Assembly: GCA_002633005.1 (NCBI GenBank)
Contig: NMRA01000196.1
Span: 289,824-353,823, forward strand
Reading direction: 5' to 3'
DNA: 64,000 nucleotides
Source of the DNA: Phoronis australis
Taxonomy: Eukaryota > Animalia > Phoronida
Below the pieces are notes generated by a model. The model was not told the DNA's origin, did not search any database, and saw only the letters and a program-made list of their open reading frames with translations. A program made the translations under genes and the position numbers. Below are positions 49,001 through 60,835 of the stretch, one piece after another (the stretch's first letter is position 1; the number at the start of each line of letters is the position of its first letter).

Positions 49001-52000
49001 GGCTGTATCTCCTAAGCCCTTGCAAGATCGTAATGAGATTTGACAGATGGGTTTCTATGTAGCTGACAACAGACGACCACGTGTTTCGGACAGATTTGAC
49101 TACCGCTCTGTACCTTAGTGACAGTTTTACTTTTTTAGGTTTTTGACTTTAAAGTTCCGTGATAAATTTGAGTGAAATTAAGCCTTCCTGCATCTCCTGA
49201 ACTCTTTGGAAGATCTGTTCAAATGTGACGGATTTTACGTATTCTCCGCCACCTGGTGGCAATTTTAAAAATATTGAGTGAATATTTGACATCCGACTTA
49301 ATAGCCTACTAAGTGTTCAAAGGATCATTTTGAAAATTGGCAAATGGTTTCCTGATGAAAACGTGATTTCTGGCCCAGGGTTCGACTATTGTGGCTACAC
49401 CTGGTGGCATTTTTGGGGGATTTTCTGCGTCCACTGCCGTATCTCCTTAACTCTTTGCAGGATCTTTGTGAGATGTGGCAGATATGATCCCGCTGTGTGG
49501 AAAAGATGTCGGATGACGACACGTTTCAGGCTTTGCACCTAGTGGCAGATTTTGTTTTTTCTTCGTTTGCCTCTAAATCTTTGGAGTTCATTGGTGATTT
49601 TTTTTCTGAAAATTGGCAAATGTGTTTCTATTAAGGCGACAACTATGCCTTTTCCGTTTTGGACAGATTCAATTTATGTTGCGCCACTTAGTCGCTATTT
49701 TAATGATTTTGAGTTCGTTTTTTCACGTTTCCCACTTTAATTGCAACCAAACTCCTCAAAGGTTGAGTATGAATCATGATAGATGTGTTCCTGACATTGA
49801 TTTTTGGATAAAACTTATACTTTTGGAGAACCCTGTGGTGTTGTGACTTTGTACTTTTTACGACCATGGGTGCAGCTCCTGCATGTCTGTGAACTTTTGC
49901 AAATTTTTTCCTGTGACAGTGGTTAGCTACAGTGTATGCCGCTCAATAGGAATACTATTTTTTTACTTTTGCCTCTCTCTCTTCTGAGTTCTTTATGCAT
50001 TTTGAAGAAATTTGGAAACATGATTGAATTATGATTGTGACAACATCTTTCTAATTTGTGATAGATTCGACATATTTTGTGCCACCTTGTGTCCGTGTCA
50101 ATTATTTTTAGTCTGTTTCTTGCCATTTGCTTCTTTATCGGCCAAACCGCTCAGAGGGCCGCTATGAAAATTGGCAGATGTGTTCCAACTAACAGAAACA
50201 CGACTGGCGTGGATTTTGAGATGGGTCCAACGTAACTGCTATGCTCACCACAGACACTATTTTCGCATCTGCGGCTGTATCCACTAAGTACCAATTTGTC
50301 AACTCTATTCTTGTTAACATTAGATTAACAGATTCTAATACCGCTGTGTCTGCTAATGACTCTTTGTTTTTTTTACACCTGTCTCTATATGTTTGGACTT
50401 AGTTGGTGGATTTTCTTCAAACTTGACAAACAGTTTTGTAATAGAGAGACAACGACGATTCCCCAATTTCGGATGGGTTTGTTATATTCTGCACCGTCTA
50501 ATGATGCTACAAACACCATTTGAAACACACCATTTGCGTTGCAGCCGTAGGCGCATTTCAACGCTCCACGTTGTTCTTGTTTCACGTTATAGTTTGTAGA
50601 GGATTTAACTAACGTAAGCTGTGCATCAGAACTTACGTTTGTTAAACAATAAGCTTGTAAAGCGAGTACCTAGGCTAGTTTGTACCATACACGTCTGGAG
50701 GAGGGAAAGACATAAGGAGTATGCAACAAGAGTCGCGTTACGTTGTTATTGAATCCTTCACCGTTTTACACAGGGTAGCTTCTGCATTGGTTGTCGAATA
50801 GAAATGTCACTGCATTGGTAGCCAGAAAAATGTTAGCTCTTCGCATTTCTCATAGTTTCTACCGTACATTTCAATGGATCAATTACGATCTAAACGGTCC
50901 TTTGTCAATCTATTTTAGTGAAGTCTGCGACATGCTGTTTGGCAATAACAGAACAGCTGCCCGTTCCAACAAAACTGACTTAGCTAAGACAAATCTTAAT
51001 TTTTTGTAAATTTTAAAATAACAGTTAAATTTGTTTCATAACCAATTCAGAAAGGGGGTCTCAAGTTTGCCTGAAGTGTATGAGCTAAATATTGTCTTCA
51101 TTTTAATATCCTTCCAATTGTGGAAGTTTCAAAGTTTGGAAGTTGAGACAAATTTTAGATTTAAGTCAAAAATGAACTTAAGTCAGTTTCTTGGAACAGG
51201 CCCCAGTTCTTGTTGAGCTGATTTCTCCAAAGTTTGGCTTATGGTCCATGAGCCACTTTTGTTTTACACTTCTTTAGAAAACAGAATCCGTGAAACCTAA
51301 TGCCATTCCCGCCCTCAAGTGGAAAGATTTCGTTCTCGACGGTCGAAGGAGTCTACCTACCCACTACATTAGTACTATCCACTATGGCGGATATCTCCTG
51401 GCCTCTTTCCGTTTCATGTTAATGGACAGTTACGAAGGTGAATCCAAAACAGCTAGTTTTAAAACTGGCGCTTCCTATATGGTATGTAATCATTCTTTAA
51501 CGGGTGCATTTTGCTACCAATAGAAGAACAATGTACTTAAGTCACTAAGTCGCGTTGACGAGGCTAGGCTATAACATGTTGCTGAAGTACCGAATGTGAA
51601 TGCGCACATGTTACCTACATGTACATGCAGACGAAATGCCCACCGTTGAGAAGTAAATAACAAATTAAATAAGATATCCAAAAATAAAACTGTTTGACAC
51701 TCGTAGTCGCTTAGGGAACTAGCAGTTAGTGTGATCACGTGCTTCGCTTGCAATACATGGCAATATCTCGCGAAGTTTTTTGAGTTCTTGCACTTCTGGC
51801 AACGCACGCCAGGTCTATGCATTACAACATGCCTAAACATCGTTCAGATTTGCTGTAGCACGTGCCCCAGGAGGTTTTACGTAAACAACGTCATTTAAAA
51901 CGTCTGTGCACAACGGAGTTGGGTGCAAAACAAATAACAATTTATTTCAATTGAAGCTGAATTAGTAAACAATGCAATGCGTTTTATGTCATCTAGAGTA

Positions 52001-55000
52001 ACTGTAAGCGCTGTAGTTGATTTGTTAGGTCTTACTTCGTGAACTTCCGGCTTAACAAAACGGTCACGACTCTTAGTGGCTGCCAATATCAGCGACCGTT
52101 TCAAAACTCTGCTTACGGAGACAAACAATGGTTAAGATTGGTAAAACAAGTATATTTGTGAAGGCTGATGTATGTCGATGACATCACATGAGCAGTTGCT
52201 AACGGACATTGGGTATTATGACAATCACTGCTTTTTATGTTTATATTCACGACTTTAATTTAGGTCACCGGTGTCTGCTAGTCCCACATCATCTATCCTA
52301 TCTCATCATTACTACTGCAACGCAAAAGATTACATCATCTCTGTAACTAGCTTCAGATATACATACCCCGTACGAAAGCCATTAATTTGTGAGGGCAGAT
52401 TAAGGTCAAGGTCACGTTTTTGAAAGCAACTTTGACCTGATCAGTTCAGATAAATTTCAGTGAAAATTCAAGCAGTTTTCGGAATTTTTCTCCGCTTTGA
52501 GACTTTGGGTCTGCCCAAACCGGTTGTCATCTATTTTTATTTTCATTTACAATAGTCATTTGCGCAATCGAGACCTGTCGCTGACGTAAAAGACAAAACG
52601 AACAGCATTCCAAGGCAGATTGGTTGACATAAGATTATTTAGTTTTCACGACTTTTCGAGTGACCTCAATTAATCACTCCCAAGTGAAGTCGCGAACTTT
52701 CTCTGCAATAACTAATCTTCAAATCAAAGCACTTACAATTACTGTTTATATTACCCCGTCATCATTAATACCAAATTATTCCTTTTCTTAACGACATGTA
52801 CACAATGTGTGTTTGATATGCAAATTACGATCTGCTAGCTTTTGTTGCTATGTGTGTATATTTACATGTGTACATTTAGGTACATATTATCACTGTTTTG
52901 TATGAAATCTATTGAGATACATTTCTGTAATATTAGCTGTTGGTAGGATATGATATCAAATATATATTTGAGCAACAATACTGTTTATTGTATTTTTATT
53001 TCCTCATGATAAAAATAAGTAATTTTAAAAAGTTGAAACGAAATGCGTAATTTTTCGATTTGTTCATCCATTGGAACAACGATCTTTTGTCTTCCATCGT
53101 CCAACGCATAGTTGTTATACATATACATGTACGTCTTAACTTTGCGTGTCTGTTAAACATGTGTGTATCCCCGTGCTATCGCCAAAGCCGAAAAAACTGC
53201 TCATCTCCGTCATTCGATGTTTCAGAGTGTCGGCGGGGACGTTGAAGCGGGATTGAAGAATACTGCAAGTCAAAGTGAGCACATATCAGACTACCAGCTG
53301 CGATACTGGACATCTGTCCACATGAACGAGGCAGTCATTGCGCAAGACGGGAAGGGGCTTCAGAAGCTCGTAGATGGCTTCTCCGAGGGTATTAAGCAAA
53401 GTAATGGTGGTGCTGGTATACCCTTGATGGTGGAGCTAGTACCCCTTACCAATATCTACCCGGATTACCCCGGCAAGACCACGATTAACAGAGCATTGGA
53501 CTCCTATTTGAATAAACTACAGGCTCTATCCGACGAGATTGAATCAGTGAGACATTTTAACATTACATGCTCGAAATTCTCTTAGTTCGGGATGTTAAAA
53601 CCCTTTTATATGCTGCTTAATGGTTGTTACCATAGTAACGTGCCTTTTTATAGTTGATGCAACCAACGAAATTCTCCAATTTCTTGCTTACATGTACACA
53701 ACGACATGTTTTTATCTAATAATGTGCGACGTTTCGTCAAACGGCACCTCTTGTAAAAAATAGAACCAAGTGAAAACTATGGCACAAATTAAGTCCAAAA
53801 ATGTAAACGTGATTTTCTTGTTATAGATTTATGCTGAAACTCAAAAGCTCCTACTTGACACAGCTTCTAAGCCCCTCGCCTACAATTTGCTCGATGATCT
53901 GCAGGACTTCGTCGCCGAAACGTATCCCCTGCTAAAAGACATCCGTAATGCATTGGACAGGATTGACTTTGAGGTACATCTGCGCTGTGAAGTGAAACCA
54001 TAGCCTGATCTACTTGATAACCATTTTCTAAGGGACGAAAGGTACTGGAACTAGACATATTTTTTGTGTTTTTCTGTCTTTGACGGTGAAGCTCAGATGA
54101 GTTTGGTGAATCAGAAGGCTTTGCACAAAAACGTCGGGTACTACGAACATCTTTGGTCAGCGGACACTGAATTCTTCGAAAGGGTGATCGCACAGGTATA
54201 TTCGGCAGGCCTATAAGTGGTTCCATTGTGTAGAAGGCGGGCGTGTAGGTGGATAGAATGTATAGATAAGACATAATGCGAAGGCGAGTTTCACTTGAAT
54301 GTGTCTGAGGACCCAGTGTTTTTTTTATACGAGCCTGCTGTAAATGTCTGCAACACATAATCCCACTGTGATCATTGTTCACTACCTTTATCTGCTGAAC
54401 CATGTTTGATTGGGAATGGGACCCAGCACGCAATCATGAAAACATATGCGAGTTCAATGCATCACCAAACAGTGAGTAGTTTTATGTAGCCAGAAAGATT
54501 GTTTCCACTATTTTGTAGGCAACTAGCATTGACAAGTTATTCCACGAGGAAAGCCCGGAGACAAACATGCTGATCCATAATGGCATTGATACCAAGCAGT
54601 GTGAGGAGATCTTAAACTTCACGTACAGATGTCGCTTTGTGGACTTGAGAAGCGTCATTCTGGTGAGAGTCAAAACTTAAAACGCAGTTAACGTATTGAC
54701 ACTAACAATTAGTAGGATTAACAAGTCGTGTTAAGAGCTCACTTGAACACCATCTTGCATTTCAATGTAACGAGACTACTTCAACACATCTTAATAAATA
54801 CTTAAACTGGCGAGCTATCAAGCTTTGTCCCCAAGCCTCCAGATGACGCTGATTGGTTTGGTCACTTGAAGCTGATTGGTTTGGTCATTTGAAGCTTGGT
54901 CTTGGCAGAATTCTACGCATCTTGTTTTTATGGGAATCGCAGGAATATTACTAGTGATATTTAGTTGTATCAACTCTGAAATTTGCTGTACTATCATGCA

Positions 55001-58000
55001 AAAAATCAGAATGTGGGGTATTTATGCAGCAATTTAGGCTTAGATCACTGAAAAAATGATGTGTTTGAATTCAAAGCATCATAATTTCTATGGTTCATTT
55101 AATAAAACAGAATTGACAACAAGTACGTGAGCACTGTTTACTTTGAAGAATAACCAACACAGTGTCTTCTGCTTCCCAATCACGAGTGATAGCAACAAAA
55201 ACACCTGCGAAAATAAATAAAACCTGTATTTCGGTCTGATTTAGTTTCTGTAAAAAGCTCAAATTCATCTTATCCAAGAAGTAAGGACAAGAAATTTCAA
55301 GAATTGGTATTTACCTTCAGTTTTCAGAGATTCAAGTGTTTGAAGATTTTTGGTGTCTTTCTTCTCACGGGTGAAGGTCGTCTACGGCCAGTCAGTGCGC
55401 AAAAGTGGTATCCCGGCATCAAATCTCAAATGTGTAAACCATAAACATCACATAGACCGGGCGCGCGCCACTCAGATACATGCACCTCGCGTTATCAATA
55501 TGACGCCATATTGCAGAGTGATACACAGGAGGTAAAAATGGCGGAAAACAATGGGAGCCCTACGCATCAGTCAGGAAATGCGGGGGCTCGCAGTGTTATG
55601 CCTGCATCCAAAGAGTTATTTTTTGGTCCTGTCATTGAGTCATGGGTTTTTTGGTTCTGCCATGGAGTTAAGTAGTGCTGCAACTAGGTTTTTATGGTCT
55701 GCACCATCGGTGACTATATGCGTTGTTTCCACATCAGTCACGGTGAGTGAGACCATACAAGATCAATTAAAAAGATAATTATTGGCCACCATATGCTGTT
55801 ATCCAATGATGGTGATGTTTGCTAATTATATTTAAGTAAATATTTGGTATTAATGACAATCATATGTATTTTACTTGTACTAATAAATAACATCCCCGAA
55901 CTTACTCGCCAGCCATCGAATTCAGTACATCTAAGTGAATAGTGTATTCTCTATTGAAACATATACCTGTACTGCTTTAAAACCTCATTTCTTAATATGT
56001 ATTCCAAAATCAGATGTTTTCTGTGGTATCAAAACAAACGAATCCCTGCAAAATCTGCACTTATATCGAAGTTGATATTGGAAATTTTGTACATTTGCAC
56101 TGCTTGCTTACGAGCTCTGTTTTGTGACGAAACTTGCCCAAAAAGGTAAAGTGACTGAATTGCGCATCTAACCTTTACTCAAAATACAGAATTTCTCACT
56201 TGAAACCGAATGGAAATATACCCAACCGAGCCGATGTAGCATTAGTCATGACCCCGTGAAAAATGACCCCGGTTAGTTTTTTCACAGGGTCTACATTTAA
56301 TGTGAAGAATTTTCAGCCCATGAAAAAATGGCCCCACGTCCACGAAAACCTGTCCTGTCATTATTCAGCAGTTCCCTGGCAACAGGGGTTTGGGATAAGC
56401 AGACAGCGTGCGTGAGAGAAGAATTTATTTTAAATTTCTCGCCTGAGGGTCCCGCAGTACGTATGTCAGATTAAGAGCGGGGATGGATGGGAACCGTAAT
56501 AATGTGTGGGAGCGGGGCTGATCTCTTTGTGAGCACATAATTACACGGTGTGGGGATACTACAAAACGCCAACAAGTGCCTGGTGCTTGATCGGGGGGAC
56601 TTCAGATCCGTGAGAGAGGAATACCTTGCGTGAGAAAAGAATATTTGTTCGTTGGCAATTCTGAGCGAAGCACAGGAAAGGAAGTGAGTGTGCGTTCTTT
56701 ACTTTTTACATTACGCCGTTCATTTCTCCCGTTGAGTCTAACTTGTTAAGTAGTACATGTATGTCACAACATAATGGGCGGATGGCCGCTGTAGCCAATA
56801 TCTTACACTGACGACTGGTTAAGTCCATTCTGGCAATTAGGGTTGGAGGTTCAGCTCTCTTTTGTTCGATAATTGCTTTAATCTCCGATAAGATCGTATC
56901 TTTTATCCTCACTGGGCTGTGCTGTTGAAAACAAGTTAAGTTATAAAATGTTTGAACATAAACCCAATAACATTTCTGAATTGCCAATCAAATACTCAAG
57001 CTTATAGTTTTTGAATCACCAAAATCGCCCAACGTCTCCTGGATAATGTATTTGCATCGAGCGACACGAATTAAATGTTAAATTCGCGCGATCTTAGTGG
57101 TCTCTCTTGAAAAAAAACGAAAAAATAAAACGCTCGCAGTGGATTGACAGGCGTGAAGCCGCTCAGGCCACTCGAGAACCTGCCACTGGTAGCGATCTTC
57201 TAATATTTTCCCTGTCGACTGATTAACTTTTAAAAATCGCATGTAAATGCTACATCACATGTTTTTGAATGTTTCTGGAAAAAATCACACTCTTCGGCCA
57301 CTTTATTTGTTCGATATCGCGCTTTGAAAAGGACAATTTACCCCGTTTGTTTACACGGCAATTAGCCGTGTCACGTGACTAGTAGCACTCTTCAATATGG
57401 CGTCAAGTTGTCAGCTGCAGTAGCGCGTGCGCCCTGTCTATAATATTAAGATGTCTATGATGCAAACCGTTCGGGGCCGTTTTGATCCCTGAGTACGAGG
57501 AAGATGAGCTTGCGAGATATACGAAAGCGACGTCTGCCGGCTGAGTATAAACATTCAATCATTTTTTTTTCAGAAAATGATGCGTATCCAAAAGCCAATG
57601 GTCCAAATTACAATGGAATACTCCGAGGAGACTCATACAGTAAGGCCCATTCTTGGCAATTTTTCTTTTTATGTACGGTTTCGTTTGTATTTCTTTCGGT
57701 GCCTTGGCATTGCCAGAAATGTTCATCTGCAGAGGAATAAACACATAAATGTTGGACACCAGGAAATTGGGAGTATCGACCCGAAGAAGGGCTTTTCAGA
57801 AGTGAAATGCAAGACGCGACCACTGTGTGTCACTATGGCTTTGCAAACGCCCACTGCGTTCACTCTGTCACCACAAGCCGCCTGAGTGTACAGTGTACCA
57901 AAATTGGTATCTGTAGGGTGGATTTGCACTGGACGAGGTTTGATATTGCCTTTACTATCAGCCTTTTTTGCAAGTTTGTCCGCTTTATCTTGACATTAGA

Positions 58001-59306
58001 CAAACAGGTTTCCCTTTTCTTGCATTAAGAGACCTTTGCGAGACACATGATGTCAAAAAATGGAGTCTGTGTAAATATTTAATAAAAGGGGAAGAAAGGC
58101 GTCGACGGAATTCTAAAATTTTGCCAAAGATTTGATACACGTAACGCTACATGTAACTCACCTTTTTGACGATTCCAGTTCTTAGTGACCGTCCTTCAAG
58201 CAGCCTCTCTTCCGTCTAAAGGGTTGGAGAGAAACCCGGATCCTTATGTGGTGATTAACCTTACTGGACAACCGTCGCTTCACCAAGAACGAAGAACGGA
58301 AACAGTATCGGACAACTGCAATCCTGTCTTTAACGCATCGTCGGTCCTATCGTTTAAAGTGCGTTGTAACTTGTAACTTTGAATGGAGGGTCTTTCCTTA
58401 CTTGCACCTTGTCAAAATAATTTATTTCAAATACACGTTGATGTCCAAATAGCATGGGCAAACAGTAGAATTGCAATCTGGATCCTTACTCCGATTTCTG
58501 AATTCGAACTCGCCCCAATTTCTGAGTATTTTCAACTCTGTTTTGGTACGAACAAGGAATGGTTATAATTATTTTAGAACACTATATATTGTTAAAATAT
58601 TGTTGGATCCGCACGTTAAAGCTAAATGAGAAGCAGGAAAAGAGTTTTAAAAAACTAGTTCACACGCCTGCGTTTTGTCTTTAATAATAATTCGGTGAGG
58701 CTATTAACGAAATGGCTGATGGGAATTCTTGGAAATTTTCGGCTACCCTGGTTTTGATACTGTTCACCAAACATGGTGTTATGAATTGTTTTAAAATGTT
58801 CCACTTATGCATGAGGAGCTAACATTAATAGCATTCAGTGTTTTTCGTAACATCAACTTAAAAGTTGCACAAATACAAACCTTAACGATATTTCAAAAAA
58901 CATAATCAGGTAACTCAATAGTGTTGTAAAGTCAAAAATCGATTTCTACTTTGTTTCTTTTCTGCTTTCAGAAAATACGTCTTTACTGTTTTAAAACCAA
59001 CACTTTGTAGATATGTGGCTAAATACGCAGACATGGCAGTATTTGGTCCTACGTAAACTCAACCTCACCATAATCGCACTTTAATTACATTGTAATTTTC
59101 TTGCTTTTAAAAACGTGCTTTTCTTTCATTTTAAGGTCGAGTCCGAAGAACTTCGAAAGCTCAGCTTACGCCTCGAAGTTTTCGACAAAGACACTATCAG
59201 CGATCAGTTACTAGCGGCCGTTGAATTCCCATTGTTGAACGTACGAATCTCCACTGGCCAAACCAGACGTGATGGACTTTGGGTTGCATTGAGCACCGAT
59301 GACTGA
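36919..59306 (+). CDS. 9-exon gene, 519 aa: stonustoxin (SNTX)-like MACPF/CDC pore-forming domain + helical region + C-terminal C2 domain; join(36919-37071,48419-48592,51278-51481,53226-53546,53827-53973,54519-54662,57574-57639,58179-58358,59136-59306)
   Basis: All junctions are GT-AG and all exon lengths are multiples of 3, giving one uninterrupted frame; in-frame TAA at 36910-36912 upstream of the ATG. SNTX-family-like motifs occur in the expected order: LGSLYNA (cf. LGMLYDA), SSSYLK (cf. GSAKYL), THYISTIHYGG (MACPF signature), GIPLMVELVPL (cf. GVPxxVxLxPL). C2 motifs: VTVLQAASL, DPYV, NPVFN, LEVFDKD, WVAL. Confidence 0.85.
37080..38032 (+). repeat. 5' LTR of the BEL/Pao element
   Basis: Starts TGTTAACA; collinear with 41491-42457; AATAAA at 37982. 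Confidence 0.9.
38061..41410 (+). pseudogene. BEL/Pao gag-pol remnant lacking protease and most of RT
   Basis: Gag runs to the start of a Cys motif (PPCVL*, about 39025-39040), then jumps to the late RT/RNase H region (KALGFKWD); ORF fragments at 39169, 39392, 39766, 40573 and 40976. Confidence 0.9.
41491..42457 (+). repeat. 3' LTR of the BEL/Pao element
   Basis: Starts TATTAACA (TG mutated), ends GCCGCA; carries a (TTAGTC)n expansion at about 42316-42352. Confidence 0.9.
42924..43079 (+). mobile_element. About 155-bp MITE-like repeat, copy 2
   Basis: Matches 28418-28573. Confidence 0.8.
43806..44050 (+). mobile_element. Tc1/mariner transposon 5' remnant (TIR plus transposase N-terminal fragment)
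   Basis: TA followed by CAGAGCGTGCCCCAAAATGTACCCATTT (Tc1/mariner-like TIR); ATG 43953 gives MESKRFGFEEQKFIVQYYWKH, resembling the DUF4817-type HTH start of these transposases. Confidence 0.6.
44100..44820 (-). pseudogene. Decayed coding fragment with two diverged ~390-bp (~130 aa) repeats, unknown family
   Basis: Peptide-level matches between copies: VSDFHV/ASDLHV, QLEPNLVRN/QFEANLLRN, EISLTDIDECRTAL/KITLKDIDEFWTVL, KFYYNSNDNK/KFTRNLNGNK; stops and frameshifts present. Confidence 0.5.
47358..48004. mobile_element. Foldback/MITE with long imperfect inverted arms
   Basis: AGTTGCA..GAAAGCCAAA / TTTGGCTTTTC..TGCAACT, TTTTCTATTCAAGAA / TTCTTGAATAGAAAA, AATTTATCACG / CGTGATAAATT and AAAATTTCATGCCA / TGGCATGAAATTTT pair around a centre near 47690. 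Confidence 0.75.
48419..48592 (+). CDS. MACPF-C2 gene exon 2 (RINSNTDARDFLNVSTRIALSARALGASASMGYSSSYLKSQSRSTRHVEVLEHIEHKT), predicted TMH1 region
   Basis: ttttcag| acceptor, |GTATGT donor, 58 open codons; absent from the ORF track. Confidence 0.8.
48700..48790. repeat. G/A-rich low-complexity tract
   Basis: ggagaggggggacggagataggaagagacggaggg... Confidence 0.7.
48913..50315 (+). mobile_element. Helentron-associated (HINE/DINE-like) non-autonomous element
   Basis: Starts in a T-run (TTTTTATGCGCCCAC), has a (GCGTCC) microsatellite-like block, degenerate internal repeats (AAAATTGGCARATG at about 49332, 49608 and 50167), and ends CTTGTT. Confidence 0.55.
51278..51481 (+). CDS. MACPF-C2 gene exon 3 (KTESVKPN...LPTHYISTIHYGGYLLASF...GASYM), carries the MACPF signature
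   Basis: ctttag| and |GTATGT; 68 codons; THY-X6-GG at 51359-51391. Confidence 0.88.
53226..53546 (+). CDS. MACPF-C2 gene exon 4 (SVGGDVEAG...GIPLMVELVPL...NRALDSYL...IES)
   Basis: tttcag| and |GTGAGA; 107 codons. Confidence 0.88.
53827..53973 (+). CDS. MACPF-C2 gene exon 5 (IYAETQKLLL...IRNALDRIDFE), amphipathic helices
   Basis: ttatag| and |GTACAT; 49 codons. Confidence 0.8.
54519..54662 (+). CDS. MACPF-C2 gene exon 6 (ATSIDKLF...FVDLRSVIL)
   Basis: ttttgtag| and |GTGAGA; 48 open codons. Confidence 0.72.
57574..57639 (+). CDS. MACPF-C2 gene exon 7 (KMMRIQKPMVQITMEYSEETHT), C2 strand beta1
   Basis: Poly-T cag| and |GTAAGG; VQITMEY matches the 'IQLSLSY' first strand of type-I C2 domains. 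Confidence 0.78.
58179..58358 (+). CDS. MACPF-C2 gene exon 8, C2 domain core
   Basis: ttccag| and |GTGCGT; FLVTVLQAASL..DPYVVI..RTETV..NPVFN. Confidence 0.9.
59136..59306 (+). CDS. MACPF-C2 gene exon 9 (last), C2 C-terminal half
   Basis: tttaag| acceptor; LRLEVFDKDTISDQLL..WVAL; TGA at 59304-59306; candidate AATAAA at 60052. Confidence 0.9.
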   Translation, partial: VESEELRKLSLRLEVFDKDTISDQLLAAVEFPLLNVRISTGQTRRDGLWVALSTDD

Positions 59307-60511
59307 AGGAGGGTTGTTGTGGAATGCTATAACAGATTTTTTAAGGAATTTTAGAGCGCTTCAATTTCCACTGGACTTTTAGACTTGTTTCAGTATGTCA
59401 GAAATTGTGTATTCGTACAACGAAAGCGCGTAAGAGAGAGAAATGGACACTTGGATTTCAGCCTATTGCAACAACGCGGCTCACGCACTTACATGGAGTT
59501 CCATTCAATGAACATGGCTCAAGGGCCTGTACTAAGTTTACTGATTCCCAACCCCAAACCCGAACTCATAAAGCATAAGTTTCGCGTTCAAAATGTGCTG
59601 CTCACAAACTCACATCCCGAACTAAGGAACACGGCAAACGGAACGCAAACATGACCTTGGTACACGTAAACACGGGTCATCCACGTCTTTGTCAGTGGAT
59701 GTGAGTTCGTGAATTAGTCGTGAGCATCAGCCGTGTGTAGTGCAGCCTGAGTTATGAGTCAGTCTAAGTTTACAGGTTCCTGAGCCGAGTTCACGAAGGA
59801 GAAACGTTGTTCACAAGTGAGAAAGCTCTGTTGTTCAGGTACTGTAGTGTTCATTTTTTTGCCTTCGGTGAATAGTTTAAGAATTACACAACCAGTTAGC
59901 CACCACAACCAGCAAACGTAGCAGAATATGGTACTGTTAAAATAATTATGTGATTAGAAGAGTTCATTGGGCAGGGTTTCAGTGCACTCTGGGGTACTAA
60001 CTTTTAATTGTTTCAGGTACTGAGTGTACCTCATCCACGTGTGTGAAGGAAAATAAACTAGCAGTGATATTTGAATGATTTTTCTGTTTTGTTTTAATCA
60101 ACGGGTCATAACTCACCACACCATTTATTTATGAACATCAATAATATCCATCAATTTAATTTGAAAATTTGCAGTGGCTTAAGTTTAGATTTGTAAAAAC
60201 CTACAGTTGAAACAGCCGGAGCTGAAGCAAATTAGAAAATGAGCTTCACTCGCCACACTTGCCTTAAATCAACGCGAGGTCTATTTTAGCAAACTTTTCC
60301 ACAACTGAATTAACGATCATTCAGCAAAAATTGTGAGTTGACAAGCATGGCTGAACATAGCCTCTTTTCAAAATTTATCAATCCACTTAAGGCACATGTA
60401 ATCTGAATGACACTACATCACGCGGTATCTCTTAAGTTGCATGTAATCTCAGTAACATACTTTATACCACAATATTAGCGTCAAATGGCAAATACATATA
60501 TTTTATGGCAA

Positions 60512-60636
60512 AGTCGTTATCCCCCGTATTCTCGAGCCCGAGTGGATTTTGGAGAATTATCGCCCGAGGGGCGTTAGCCCCGAGGGTGATAATTCTACAA
60601 AATCCACGAGGGCTCTAGATAAGGGGGATAACGACT
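60512..60636. repeat. About 125-bp near-perfect palindrome (MITE-like)
   Basis: AGTCGTTATCCCCC...GTGGATTTTG.AGAATTATC.CCC / GGG.GATAATTCT.CAAAATCCAC...GGGGGATAACGACT. Confidence 0.85.
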
Positions 60637-60835
60637 GAGAACATGCAATAATCTATTTATACGACATACTGAACGAGAAGAATTGCAATGAATCGATCTA
60701 TCTTTCTCGACTCGCCTCGGCTTTGTAACTACTTTCTATGTCAGAGGCCCTTGTCGGTACAATGTCCTTTGCTGAACATGCGATTGTTGCGCGTGCTCAT
60801 TTAAGTATTCTGTTTTCGCAATCAGTGACGTCAGC

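Noticed and set aside
53867-54433. 188-aa minus-strand ORF, the longest non-TE ORF in the track
   Set aside because: Non-ATG start, no motifs, and antisense to exon 5 and intron 5 of the supported gene; treated as chance.
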